A stretch of 64,000 nucleotides of DNA from positions 2,252 through 66,251 of the forward strand of contig JAZRCL010000089.1 of assembly GCA_045659745.1 (NCBI GenBank). Reading direction: 5' to 3'. The notes below the pieces were generated by a model. That model saw only the letters and a list, made by a program, of their open reading frames with translations. It did not search any database and was not told the origin of the DNA. Made by a program: the position numbers and the translations under genes. Below are positions 34,620 to 44,330 of the stretch, in pieces (position 1 is the first letter of the stretch; every line of letters begins with the position of its first letter). The DNA is from Eubacteriales bacterium. GTDB taxonomy: Bacteria > Bacillota > Clostridia > Oscillospirales > CAG-272.

Positions 34620-34644
34620 CGGCGGGAGCAAGCCCCCGCCCTAC
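34620..34644. repeat. REP-like singlet, perfect inverted copy of 33865-33889
   Basis: cggcgggagcaagcccccgccctac is the exact 25/25 reverse complement of 33865-33889. Confidence 0.75.
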
Positions 34645-34657
34645 GTTATCTGATTTA

Positions 34658-35131
34658 TTATCTTCTTCTGCGGCGTCTTTTGCCTGAGCTTGATAAGGAT
34701 TTTGCTCCCAAAAATGAGCCTGCTGCACAACAGAGAATGAGAAGCCCTCGCAATGCAAAAAACCAGAGAGTCGAGAGCGAGCCCGCGTTGGTTGAGGGAA
34801 GCAGGGGATATAGCACCATAGAAACCACGATGTTCATAAGGGCAAATATCACACCGCAGAGCACGGGACTGCCGCGGTATAATTTACAGCTCATAAATCC
34901 CCCGAAAATCGCGCTAGGGAAGCACAAAAATGACGCGATGGGGAGCAAAAATCCCTCGGGGTCGGGTCTTGTGAGCGCAAAAACCGCAAGAATACTTAAC
35001 ATTAAAACAGCCGCTGCAAATGATACCAGCAGTCCGCAGGTGCATGCCCTGATTGCGGTAATAAGAGATACGTCGTTTTCATTTTCACTATGTCTGCCGC
35101 GGTGCGCGGAATGTTTTCTTTTTGTGTCCAT
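34658..35131 (-). CDS. Small polytopic membrane protein (TIGR04086/YrzE-like) with poly-Arg tail
   Basis: 157 aa with 4 TM segments and a C-terminal RRRRRR. Its position downstream of yajC matches my recollection for TIGR04086 proteins in Clostridia. Confidence 0.55.
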   Translation of the reverse strand: MDTKRKHSAHRGRHSENENDVSLITAIRACTCGLLVSFAAAVLMLSILAVFALTRPDPEGFLLPIASFLCFPSAIFGGFMSCKLYRGSPVLCGVIFALMNIVVSMVLYPLLPSTNAGSLSTLWFFALRGLLILCCAAGSFLGAKSLSSSGKRRRRRR

Positions 35132-35196
35132 AAAAAAACCTCCGAATATATATTTTCCACAACTCTGGTAAAATATATGTACTCGAAGGCTTTTTT
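35132..35196. terminator. Imperfect AT-rich hairpin with T-runs on both strands between yajC and the downstream membrane gene
   Basis: Arms 35139-35156 and 35170-35189 pair with 3 mismatches. On the minus strand the hairpin contains ggagg and is followed by TTTTTTT and then the ATG. Confidence 0.45.
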
Positions 35197-35213
35197 ATTC
35201 TTTTCAGAGACAA

Positions 35214-35498
35214 TCAGTCGATGGAGTCCTCAGCCTTAACGTCAACGCGGCTTACAGAGCTCTTGAGAATACGGATCTTGGTGCAGTCACGGGAGGTCTC
35301 GATAACACAAGTCTCCTCCTTGATGCTTACAACCTTACCGATAATACCGCCGATAGTGGTGATCTCATCGCCTACCTGAAGGTTGGAAAGCATGTCCTTG
35401 GTCTGCTTTTCCTGCTTTTTGTTGGAACGCCACATAAAGAAGAACATAGCGCCTATTGCAAGTACCATTATCACCGTGGTGATTATTTCCATTGGCAT
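35214..35498 (-). CDS. yajC: Preprotein translocase subunit YajC
   Basis: 94 aa. One N-terminal TM helix is followed by Q.K....L..L..GD.V.T.GG..G.V. Confidence 0.9.
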   Translation of the reverse strand: MPMEIITTVIMVLAIGAMFFFMWRSNKKQEKQTKDMLSNLQVGDEITTIGGIIGKVVSIKEETCVIETSRDCTKIRILKSSVSRVDVKAEDSID

Positions 35499-35638
35499 AG
35501 CTAAAAATTCCTTTCTTTGAATACATTTTTTCTTTCACATTATTTTACAACAATAAAAGGGGAAATTCAATACCTAATTGTAAATTTTTTCGTAATGACT
35601 GATTATTACGTATTCTGTGAAAAATTTTGGCTTTTAGG

Positions 35639-35667
35639 TTGCATTTTTCTATAAGTTATGCTATAAT
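35639..35667 (+). promoter_or_regulatory. Sigma-A-type promoter for rimM-trmD
   Basis: TTGCAT (35639-35644), 17 nt, TATAAT (35662-35667). Confidence 0.55.
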
Positions 35668-35716
35668 TACTCTGTATTACTATATTTATAATCAAATTAA
35701 GGGTAAGAACAGGAAA

Positions 35717-36229
35717 ATGAAGAAAAATAATTATCTTGAATGCGGTATTATCATAAACACACACGGAGTAAACGGAGACGTAAAGCTGGAGTCTCTTTGT
35801 GACACGCCGAATATTCTCGCGTCGTTTAAGAAGATATATTTTCGCGAGGGAACGGATTATCGTGCAGTAAAGGTGCTCAAAGCATCCGTGTTTAAGAATT
35901 TCGTAATAGCAAGACTTGATGGCGTTGACGATATGGACAAGGCTATCGCGCTAAAAAACACTACCGTTTATGCGGCAAGAAAAGACTTCAAGCTCCCCGA
36001 GGGCAGCTATTTTATCGCCGACCTTATCGGACTTGACGTTATTGATAATATAAGCGGCACGGTCTACGGTCAGATAATCGACGTCCAGAACAAGGGCGCG
36101 TCGGACATATACGTTGTAAAAACTCCCGACGGTGAGAGAATGATGCCCGCCGTAAAGGAATTTGTCAAGAGAACTGACATAGAAAAGGGCGTGTACGTTG
36201 AGGTCATCCCCGGAATGCTTTACGATTGA
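35717..36229 (+). CDS. rimM: Ribosome maturation factor RimM
   Basis: I chose the start at 35717 (MKKNNYLECGIIINTHGVNGDVK), which gives the typical RimM N-terminus (G.I...HG..G). A PRC barrel forms the C-terminus. Confidence 0.9.
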   Translation: MKKNNYLECGIIINTHGVNGDVKLESLCDTPNILASFKKIYFREGTDYRAVKVLKASVFKNFVIARLDGVDDMDKAIALKNTTVYAARKDFKLPEGSYFIADLIGLDVIDNISGTVYGQIIDVQNKGASDIYVVKTPDGERMMPAVKEFVKRTDIEKGVYVEVIPGMLYD

Positions 36230-36240
36230 TCGGAGTAGCT

Positions 36241-36945
36241 ATGAGATTTGATATTATGACGCTTTTTCCCGATATGGTGGATTATATTCTCTCGGAGAGT
36301 ATAATCGGTCGGGCGAGAAAAAACAATTTTATAGACGTCAGACTCCACAATATCCGCGACTATTCCGAGGACAAGCATCGCAGAGTTGACGACACCCCCT
36401 ATGGCGGTGGCAAGGGAATGCTTATGATGGCGCCTCCGATATATAACTGCTACTCGGCTATTCTTGAAAATCAGAAAGCAGAAGGGATTGAGTGCAAGAC
36501 GCGCCGCGTGGTGTATATGTCACCCGCGGGAAGAGTTCTGACGCAGAAAAAAGCCGAGGAGCTTTCGCAAATTGACAACCTCATTATTCTTTGCGGACAT
36601 TACGAGGGAGTTGACAGACGAATTATTGACGAAATAGTTGACGAGGAGATATCCATAGGAGATTACGTGCTTACAGGTGGTGAGATCCCTGCTTGTATAC
36701 TCGTTGACTGTGTGGCGAGACTTGTGGACGGAGTACTGTCCGACCCCGAGTGTCACGAAAAAGAAAGCATTTCCTCGGGAATGCTTGAGTATCCGCAATA
36801 CACAAGACCTTATGAGTTTCACGGCGTAAAGGTTCCCGACGTGCTTATATCGGGACATCACGCCAATATAGACAAATGGCGAGATGAGACCGCCAAAGCG
36901 TTGACTCAGCAGAACAGACCTGATCTGCTTGAAAAAATTGACTAA
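36241..36945 (+). CDS. trmD: tRNA (guanine37-N1)-methyltransferase TrmD
   Basis: It begins MRFDIMTLFPDM and has DDTPYGGG.GM and the SIGDYVLTGGE trefoil-knot motifs. Confidence 0.95.
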   Translation: MRFDIMTLFPDMVDYILSESIIGRARKNNFIDVRLHNIRDYSEDKHRRVDDTPYGGGKGMLMMAPPIYNCYSAILENQKAEGIECKTRRVVYMSPAGRVLTQKKAEELSQIDNLIILCGHYEGVDRRIIDEIVDEEISIGDYVLTGGEIPACILVDCVARLVDGVLSDPECHEKESISSGMLEYPQYTRPYEFHGVKVPDVLISGHHANIDKWRDETAKALTQQNRPDLLEKID

Positions 36946-36969
36946 AACTAATTGGAAAGGAGGATATTT

Positions 36970-38952
36970 ATGGATAGTCAGAAGCGAGTATTTAATTCCG
37001 ATGAAAAAGAGTCCCGATTTTTTCTAGGTAGAATTTATAATAAGATCATAGCTTTTCTGATGTCACTGATACATATGAGCAGAGTTGGACGGTTCTTTGT
37101 ACAGAACGATATGTCCTGTGAAAACAGTCATGTCCGTCGCATGGCTCAGGAGAAAAATCTAGGACGCTCGTCAAAAGTGTTTACGTCAATAAATATCTTC
37201 TTTTCAAAGAGCAGGGTGGCAAGATTTTTCCAAAAGCTGACGTCACTTATGCTTTCAATGTCCGTGAGCGTTTACGGGGTGCTGTTTATGGCTTACGGTG
37301 TTACCGCTATGTTTGCAAGGTATGCCTTGATGTTTATCGAAAAGGCGGATGCCGACATAATAATGGAGCTTGGTGTTCCTTTGGCGGTAGTGCTGCTTTC
37401 TGTGCCGTTGCTGATATCTCAAAAATCCATTACTGAGATAGCATCGTCAAGCATGTTCCTTGGAAAGCTTGTGAGAGAATTTTTGATGATCCCCGATGAA
37501 AAGCTGGTCACGAAAAAAAGAATTGGCGCATACTGGTTAAAGATAATAATCGCCACGGTGGGTGCCAGCCTTGGTGCTATTACATATTTTGTGCCAACTC
37601 TTACAGTGCCGCTCTTATTCCTGGCTGTAATTCTTCTTTTGGTAATTATGTCGCACCCTGAGTCGGGAGTAATGATGATAGCTGTGACGGTACCGTTTTT
37701 GCAGTACACAAAGGAATTACAGTTTATATTCCCGATACTCGTTTGCGTGACGTGCGCTTCATATTTTATTAAGGTGTGTAGCGGTAAACGCGTGGGCGTT
37801 CGATCTACCGAGGGAATAGTACTTTCATTTTTCTGTATATTTATGATAATTGCTTCATCGTTTACAGCAGGTGGTTGGCAGACCTTTGGCGACGGTGTAT
37901 ATGCCGTGATACTGGTAATAGGCGGATTTTACATCACTTACAACCTGATGAGAAACGAGAAAAAGCTCAATACCTGTCTTAAAGCTCTGATGGTATCGTT
38001 TGGCGTATTGGTCTTCATGGGCGCGTTTGACATAGTGTTATCAGTGGTTGAGGACACTATAAGACATGCTCAGAGCAGCATATCGTATATGATATCACAA
38101 AAGATATTCTACATAGCGGATAGCGCGTCTAATTTTGGAATAATAGCCTGTCTGATTTGCCCGATACTTTTTTGCAAGGCATGCGCTAAAAAGAGTGTGT
38201 CGGGAATTACTCTGTCGCTTGTTGGCTTCTGCGCGGCGATTGCAATGTCGTTTATATACGGAACGTACGAGTCACTTCTTGCAATATGCATCGGACTTTT
38301 GATATACTGCATACTCCACAGCAGAAAATCCTTTGCCACGCTTCTGATAATATTTATTATTGCCTGCATAGCAGTAAGCCTTGTATTCTCGTTTGTACCT
38401 GAAAGACTTACAGATAAGGCAATATACATGTTTGAAGGCTTCAGACCCGTAAATCATCCCGACGCCGCAATAAGAGGTGAGCTCAATGAGAGTGTATGGA
38501 ATATGTTGAAAAACGGGAATCTCCACGGTATAGGTGTTGGAGATCACGCATTTTCAGAGATGTTCTACCCGTACGCAACTCAGGCCACAGACGGAGCAAC
38601 ATCTGCAGCTAACCTTTATATGCAGATAATTTGCTGGTCGGGTATAGGAGGACTTGTGGCGTTTTGTCTGTTCTTTGCGTGGGTATTCAAAAATGCTATT
38701 GGATACATACTTGCATGCACGGACAGAAAGGTTCGTAGAACAGTCGTTGCGCTCAGTTGCGGTCTGGTTACTGCGCTGATGCTGGGAACAGTCACAAATT
38801 TGTGGGAAGATATGAGAATTTTCTACCTGTTCTGGATGATGACTGCGCTTCTTTGCGGATACGTGAGACTTGGCAGAGTCCGTGACGAGCGAAAGGTTAT
38901 AGGTTCGACAAGCGAGCCCGACAGAATAGACGTAAACGTTAAATTCCATTAA
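36970..38952 (+). CDS. Large polytopic membrane protein, possibly O-antigen ligase/Wzy-like
   Basis: About 660 aa with more than 12 TM segments. The Wzy/O-antigen-ligase call rests on topology and size only. I chose the ATG at 36970 because it follows the RBS aaggagg. Confidence 0.45.
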   Translation: MDSQKRVFNSDEKESRFFLGRIYNKIIAFLMSLIHMSRVGRFFVQNDMSCENSHVRRMAQEKNLGRSSKVFTSINIFFSKSRVARFFQKLTSLMLSMSVSVYGVLFMAYGVTAMFARYALMFIEKADADIIMELGVPLAVVLLSVPLLISQKSITEIASSSMFLGKLVREFLMIPDEKLVTKKRIGAYWLKIIIATVGASLGAITYFVPTLTVPLLFLAVILLLVIMSHPESGVMMIAVTVPFLQYTKELQFIFPILVCVTCASYFIKVCSGKRVGVRSTEGIVLSFFCIFMIIASSFTAGGWQTFGDGVYAVILVIGGFYITYNLMRNEKKLNTCLKALMVSFGVLVFMGAFDIVLSVVEDTIRHAQSSISYMISQKIFYIADSASNFGIIACLICPILFCKACAKKSVSGITLSLVGFCAAIAMSFIYGTYESLLAICIGLLIYCILHSRKSFATLLIIFIIACIAVSLVFSFVPERLTDKAIYMFEGFRPVNHPDAAIRGELNESVWNMLKNGNLHGIGVGDHAFSEMFYPYATQATDGATSAANLYMQIICWSGIGGLVAFCLFFAWVFKNAIGYILACTDRKVRRTVVALSCGLVTALMLGTVTNLWEDMRIFYLFWMMTALLCGYVRLGRVRDERKVIGSTSEPDRIDVNVKFH

Positions 38953-38976
38953 GATAAAACGAAAGGAATTGCTCAA

Positions 38977-39585
38977 ATGACAGACAACAAAAACATGTCT
39001 CCCGAGGAGAGAAAGAACCTCAAGCACGCAGACATAGACAAGTTCGGTGGAAAGCACATCGTGACTGACAGCTTGGATAAGGGAGATTTCCTGATAAATG
39101 AAAAAAAGACAAGGGGCAAGCAGAATAAAAAATCCCCCGATCAAAAGAGGAGCGTGCCGCTTGCGCTTGACATAATTGTCTCTTTAGTGATAATCCTGAT
39201 AGTTGCGGCTCTTGTTGTTGGCGCATACTTTGTTTTTAAGAACTATACCGGCAGCTATAAAGACGTAAATATTCAGTACACACTGCTTATATCGAACACT
39301 GACGAAATATCCAATCCCGATGCACTCAAGGACAAGGACATATATCTTGACTGCGACGCTAATACATATTATTTTGGCAAAATAACCAACGCAACCGTTA
39401 TTAAGGGAGCGGACGGCAAAAAGCAGATAACTCTTGACGTTTCCGTATCATCTAAATATAGGAAGGGCGAGGGATTCAGTATTGAAGAAAACAGGATTGC
39501 CGTAGGAGCACAATATTCGCTTCGCATTGAAGAGGACGGATTTGACGCTGCCATCGTTGAAATAAGCCGAGGAGGTGGAAATTGA
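38977..39585 (+). CDS. Hypothetical TM-anchored protein (basic N-terminus, beta-rich ectodomain)
   Basis: 202 aa with one TM helix. Its architecture is like that of the next ORF. Confidence 0.5.
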   Translation: MTDNKNMSPEERKNLKHADIDKFGGKHIVTDSLDKGDFLINEKKTRGKQNKKSPDQKRSVPLALDIIVSLVIILIVAALVVGAYFVFKNYTGSYKDVNIQYTLLISNTDEISNPDALKDKDIYLDCDANTYYFGKITNATVIKGADGKKQITLDVSVSSKYRKGEGFSIEENRIAVGAQYSLRIEEDGFDAAIVEISRGGGN

Positions 39586-40055
39586 TGAGTAACAATACGA
39601 AAAAAAGATTTTCATTTAACGTGCTTGACATTTTCATTATTCTTTTGGTGGTAATACTCCTGGCATCTGTAGCATATAAGATGTGGCAGAATATGAAAAA
39701 AGACAAAAATCAGACCAAGCCTGTTTATACCGTTGTTTTTGAGTGTGAGGACTATGAGTCACTTGCAAAATACCTTTCCAATGGGGAAGAGGTATATATC
39801 AGCTCATCGGGCGAGCTTTTGGGATACGTTTACAAGAGCATAACCGTATCCGATGAGAATAATTCGGATTTATACGAACAAGTGAACCTTGAGGGTAGTC
39901 TCAGGCTTAATGGAAACGTCAAAAAAAGTCGCGAGGGAAATTTCTATGTCCTTGATGACTTAAATCTGACTGTCGGCAGTAAAATAGACGTATATACTGA
40001 CGATACTGAATTCACAATAACCGTAAAGCAATTTATAGACAAGAAGGGAAATTGA
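39585..40055 (+). CDS. Hypothetical TM-anchored protein, DUF4330-like
   Basis: The N-terminus KRFSFNVLDIFIILLVVILL resembles the DUF4330 signature as I recall it. The ATG at 39585 follows the RBS ggaggtgg. Confidence 0.5.
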   Translation: MSNNTKKRFSFNVLDIFIILLVVILLASVAYKMWQNMKKDKNQTKPVYTVVFECEDYESLAKYLSNGEEVYISSSGELLGYVYKSITVSDENNSDLYEQVNLEGSLRLNGNVKKSREGNFYVLDDLNLTVGSKIDVYTDDTEFTITVKQFIDKKGN

Positions 40056-40291
40056 AATTTCCCTCGTGCCAATACTTGATTTTCGTTTAGAAAGCATATT
40101 TTTGTGCATTATGACAAAAATAATGCACTCGATATGTGCAAATTTACTCTATATTGTCTCTTGATTTTACGATGTTTTTTTGCTATACTTATTATGGTTA
40201 AAACTGTAATCCTAGCTTTTGCGGGATTGGAGTACACAAGAAAAAATCAGGAGCAGAGTGCCTTGGCGCCTGCCGATAGGGGAGTAAATAT

Positions 40292-40555
40292 ATGAAAACT
40301 CGTGAAGTTGTTATAATAAACGACAGCGGTCTGCACGCAAGACCCGCAACATTTTTCATTCAGAAGGCGAATTGCTATAAATGTTCTATATACGTGGAGA
40401 AGGATGACCGCAAGGTAAACGCAAAGAGCTTGCTTGGAATTCTCTCTCTTGGCATCGCAAAGGGAATGACAATTACCCTTATTGCCGACGGACAGGACGA
40501 GGAGGCCGCTCTTAACGGACTCGCAGCACTCGTAGCTTCGGGATTTAACGAATAA
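40292..40555 (+). CDS. ptsH: Phosphocarrier protein HPr
   Basis: 87 aa. It has the His15 motif GLHARPA and the Ser46 motif AKSLLGILSLG. Confidence 0.9.
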   Translation: MKTREVVIINDSGLHARPATFFIQKANCYKCSIYVEKDDRKVNAKSLLGILSLGIAKGMTITLIADGQDEEAALNGLAALVASGFNE

Positions 40556-40577
40556 TCATGTAAAATAAAAATGGCAC

Positions 40578-40620
40578 GGATTGCTTTAGCATAGCCGTGC
40601 CATTTTTATTTTGATTTTTA
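40578..40620 (+). terminator. Rho-independent terminator after ptsH
   Basis: Stem atggcacgg/ccgtgccat followed by tttttatttt. Confidence 0.85.
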
Positions 40621-40631
40621 GGAGGAGTATT

Positions 40632-42476
40632 ATGCAACAGCCAAGAGATAATATGAAAAATCTTCTTGAAAAAGCCAATACTCTGCCTATGCGCCCCGGC
40701 GTATACATTATGAAGGGAGCAGGTGGTGTTATTTACGTCGGTAAGTCCCGCAAGCTCAAAAACAGAGTGACGCAATATTTCCGTCAGGGCGAAAAAAACG
40801 CAAAAACCGCAAAAATGGTGTCACAGGTCAAGGATTTTGACTATTATGTCTGTGATACTGAAATTGAGGCGCTGACGCTTGAAAACACACTTATAAAGCA
40901 GTACAGCCCAAAATACAATATAAAGCTCAAGGTCGCAAAATCCTACCCGTATATAAAAATACCCGAGATCGAATATCCCGTGTTGACTATGACACGAAAG
41001 AGGGACAACGACAGGGGGAAATACTTCGGCCCTTATTCGGGAGTTTCCACGGTGTATTCCGTGATAAATACGTTGTCCGCAACTCTTGGACTCCCCACCT
41101 GCAAAAGAAAATTTCCAAAGGATATAGGCAAGGAAAGACCATGCATATACTATCAGATAGGACGCTGCTGCGGTGTCTGTACGGGAAATATAACCCCCGA
41201 AGAATATGCAGAAAAGATAAGATATGCAACCGATGTATTGCGAGGTAATACGAGTGAGGTCAAAAGAGAGCTGACAGAAAAAATGTATGAATACGCCGAG
41301 CGTGAAAGATATGAGGCGGCGGCAAAGTGCCGCGACACCATAGCCGCGCTTGACAGACTTAGCCAAAAGCAAAAGGTAGTGGCATCACCCGACACCGAGC
41401 ACGACATAATATCTCTTTATTCTGATGACGTCTGCACGGCAATATCTGTGCTTTATATACGAAACGGCGCAGTGAGCGACAAGAGTGACTACACCTTTGG
41501 CGCGGACAGAATTGTCGACGAGGGAAATATCAGCTCATTTATATGCGAGCATTATCTCAGACGCGAGTATATACCCAAAAGTATTCTCATTTCGTTTGAG
41601 CTTGAGGACGATGAGAGAGAAATGCTTTCGGATTATCTGTCGGAGCGCTCGGGCCACCGAGTAAAAATAAGAACTCCCGAGAGGGGAGATGCGAAAATGC
41701 TCTGCGATATGGCGAGAGATAACGCCGCGGAGCAGGCAAAGCTATATAAAATTGAAAATGAAAAGGACGAAAAAGTGCTTTTGCGCCTCTCGGAGCTTTT
41801 GTGTCTTGAGACTTACCCCGAGAGAATTGAGGCTTACGATATATCCAACCTTGGAAAAGAGCATATCACAGCGGGTATGATAGTGACCGAGGGACGTGCG
41901 TTTAAGAGATCGGACTACCGAAGCTTCAAGATAAAAGGGCTTGGAAATACTACCGACGACTATGCGTCAATGCGGCAGGTCATAGACCGCAGGCTGTCGC
42001 ATCTGTCGGACGAGGACGGCTCGTTTTCCCACCTGCCCGACCTTATTCTGCTTGACGGAGGACGCGGACACGTCTCGACTGTCAAGGAGCTTTTGCGAGA
42101 GCGTGGAATGGAGCATATAGCTGTTTTCGGTATGGTTAAGGACGAGTTCCACAAGACCCGCGCTCTCTGCACCGAAAACGAGGAGATAAATATCTCCCGC
42201 GAGAACGCGGTGTTCGTGTTTATCTATAAGATACAAGAGGAAGTCCACAGATATACGGTATCCAAAATGGATAGCGCAAAGCGCAAGACGCTCACAAAGT
42301 CCTCGTTGACTAAGATAAAGGGCATCGGTGACGCCAAGGCAAAGCTTCTGCTCAAGACATTTGGCGGACTTGCGGGAGTTGAGCGGGCAAGTGTTGAGGA
42401 GCTGACTCAGGTTTCGGGAATTACCGATACGTTGGCGAAAAATATAAGAGAATATTTTGATAAAGGCAAAAAATAA
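40632..42476 (+). CDS. uvrC: Excinuclease ABC subunit C
   Basis: It has a GIY-YIG N-terminus (PGVYIM...VIYVGKS), a UVR domain, and C-terminal endonuclease plus HhH domains. I chose the start at 40632 because it follows the RBS aggagg. Confidence 0.95.
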   Translation: MQQPRDNMKNLLEKANTLPMRPGVYIMKGAGGVIYVGKSRKLKNRVTQYFRQGEKNAKTAKMVSQVKDFDYYVCDTEIEALTLENTLIKQYSPKYNIKLKVAKSYPYIKIPEIEYPVLTMTRKRDNDRGKYFGPYSGVSTVYSVINTLSATLGLPTCKRKFPKDIGKERPCIYYQIGRCCGVCTGNITPEEYAEKIRYATDVLRGNTSEVKRELTEKMYEYAERERYEAAAKCRDTIAALDRLSQKQKVVASPDTEHDIISLYSDDVCTAISVLYIRNGAVSDKSDYTFGADRIVDEGNISSFICEHYLRREYIPKSILISFELEDDEREMLSDYLSERSGHRVKIRTPERGDAKMLCDMARDNAAEQAKLYKIENEKDEKVLLRLSELLCLETYPERIEAYDISNLGKEHITAGMIVTEGRAFKRSDYRSFKIKGLGNTTDDYASMRQVIDRRLSHLSDEDGSFSHLPDLILLDGGRGHVSTVKELLRERGMEHIAVFGMVKDEFHKTRALCTENEEINISRENAVFVFIYKIQEEVHRYTVSKMDSAKRKTLTKSSLTKIKGIGDAKAKLLLKTFGGLAGVERASVEELTQVSGITDTLAKNIREYFDKGKK

Positions 42477-42530
42477 GTGTACAGCGTGAAAGCTACTTCT
42501 TACTAACAGGTAAATCAACTGCTTTACGCA

Positions 42531-42570
42531 TGAATTTCGCCTTAAGGCAAAATTCATTGATTATTATTTG
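42531..42570 (+). terminator. Weak candidate terminator after uvrC
   Basis: Stem tgaatttcgcc/ggcaaaattca with one mismatch, followed by a T-rich tract. Confidence 0.4.
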
Positions 42571-42601
42571 TGCCGCTGCAAGCGGCGAGGTGGAGATTGT
42601 T

Positions 42602-43168
42602 ATGATGAGAATAATCACGGGCAAGGCGAGGGGCGTAAAACTTAAAACTCTTGAGGGAGACGCGACCAGACCCACGTCCGAAAGATGCAAGGAGGCGCTG
42701 TTCTCTATGCTTCAGTTTGACATTGAGGGCAGAGACGTGCTGGATCTTTACGCGGGCTCGGGTCAGCTCGGGCTTGAGGCTCTGTCGCGCGGAGCAAACA
42801 GCGCAACAATGGTGGATAAGTCCAAGCAAGCGACCAAAATTATTGACGAAAATATTATAAAGACCAAGCTGCTTGACGGCGCGAGCGTTATCTGCTCGGA
42901 CATGACGGATTTTATCCGTGCGGTGAGGAACAGAAAAAAATACGATATAGTTTTTATCGACCCGCCGTATGCGCTTCGCTGCGCGGCGCAAAGTGCGAAA
43001 AGTCTTTACGATGCAGGACTTCTCAAGCCCACGAGCATAATCGCTTGTGAGAGTGAGGAAGAGGATATCTTTGAATCCTGCCCCGAGGCAAGAGATGTTT
43101 TCGAGGTGCTCAAGCACAAAAAATTCGGCGTGGCAAACATCACGCTTATAGGCATAAGAAATAAGTGA
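42602..43168 (+). CDS. rsmD: 16S rRNA (guanine966-N2)-methyltransferase RsmD
   Basis: It has MRIITGKARG..L, RPT.ER.KEALF, DLYAGSG and the catalytic motif DPPY. I chose the start at 42602 because it follows the RBS aggtgga. Confidence 0.9.
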   Translation: MMRIITGKARGVKLKTLEGDATRPTSERCKEALFSMLQFDIEGRDVLDLYAGSGQLGLEALSRGANSATMVDKSKQATKIIDENIIKTKLLDGASVICSDMTDFIRAVRNRKKYDIVFIDPPYALRCAAQSAKSLYDAGLLKPTSIIACESEEEDIFESCPEARDVFEVLKHKKFGVANITLIGIRNK

Positions 43169-43183
43169 GAAAGGATAGACAGT

Positions 43184-43690
43184 ATGAATGCACTGATACC
43201 GGGCAGCTTTGATCCCATAACGCTGGGTCACGTAAACATAATTGAGCGCGCCGCCCCTATGTTTGAAAAAATATACGTCGCGGTAATGAATAACGACTCG
43301 GCAGAGCACGACAGCCGTCTCTCCTCAAAAACGCAGTATATGTTCACACCCGAAGAGAGACTTGAGCTTGTGCGCCTCTCAATATCCCATATTCCAAATG
43401 CCGAGGCGGTGATGTGGAGCGGGATGCTTATTGACTTTTGCGATGCATATAATATAGTTGCGGTGGTGCGCGGCGTGCGAAACTCCCGCGATTTTGAATA
43501 CGAAATGATACACGCCAAATATAACCGCGAGCATAACCCCCGCGCTCAAGCGCTCCTTATGCCTGCAGCCCCGAGCTTTGACGGCATAAGCTCGACAAAA
43601 ATCCGAGAAGTTATAGCAAAGGGCGAGCTTTCAGCTCTCGAGGGAAGTATTCACCCCAATGCTTTGGCTTATATGAAAACCTTACACTAA
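43184..43690 (+). CDS. coaD: Phosphopantetheine adenylyltransferase
   Basis: It has PGSFDPIT.GH, and sits in the rsmD-coaD synteny. Confidence 0.95.
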   Translation: MNALIPGSFDPITLGHVNIIERAAPMFEKIYVAVMNNDSAEHDSRLSSKTQYMFTPEERLELVRLSISHIPNAEAVMWSGMLIDFCDAYNIVAVVRGVRNSRDFEYEMIHAKYNREHNPRAQALLMPAAPSFDGISSTKIREVIAKGELSALEGSIHPNALAYMKTLH

Positions 43691-43712
43691 TACAAGAAAG
43701 GAATTAAACAAC

Positions 43713-44330
43713 ATGGCTACAAAGACAAAAAAGAGCGTACTTGCTGAGATTATCATCTCGCTTGTATTCGGACTTATCTTCGGTGGACTTCTTTTGTTCC
43801 TCGCAACTCTTGGCGCGGATACCATTATCAAATGGGTGCTTATTATTGCGGGTATCATCATTGTTGCAACTAACATTGCTCCCCTTATCAGAGGTGTCGT
43901 AAACCTCGTTCACAAGGAAAAGGGCGGCTTGTTCGATACTATCGTTTCTGCTATCGCAATAGCTCTCGGTGTCCTTTTGATAATTAAGCACGGCGGTATG
44001 CTTGCTCTTATCATTAACATTCTTTTGGCGGTTTACCTTATCGTTCTCCCCATTATCAGAATCATCATCGCGCCCTCCAAGAAGGAGCAGCTCTCCAAGG
44101 AATGGCTCAGAATACTTATCGGCGCTATTCTTCTTGCTTTCCTTCCCCTTATTCTCGACGCATCCAACACTATCTTCAGCATTATCCTTACCATAGCAGG
44201 TGTAGTTGTACTCGTTCTCACAATACTCTCCTTCGCTCTTTCTCTCGTTGCTTACATAAAGGCATCAAAGAAGACAGAAGACGCTCCCGTTGAGGTTGAG
44301 GCAGAAGCAACAGAGGAAGCAGCAGAATAA
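43713..44330 (+). CDS. Hypothetical polytopic membrane protein with acidic C-terminal tail
   Basis: 205 aa with about 6 TM segments and RBS gaaagga. I recognise no motif. Confidence 0.6.
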   Translation: MATKTKKSVLAEIIISLVFGLIFGGLLLFLATLGADTIIKWVLIIAGIIIVATNIAPLIRGVVNLVHKEKGGLFDTIVSAIAIALGVLLIIKHGGMLALIINILLAVYLIVLPIIRIIIAPSKKEQLSKEWLRILIGAILLAFLPLILDASNTIFSIILTIAGVVVLVLTILSFALSLVAYIKASKKTEDAPVEVEAEATEEAAE

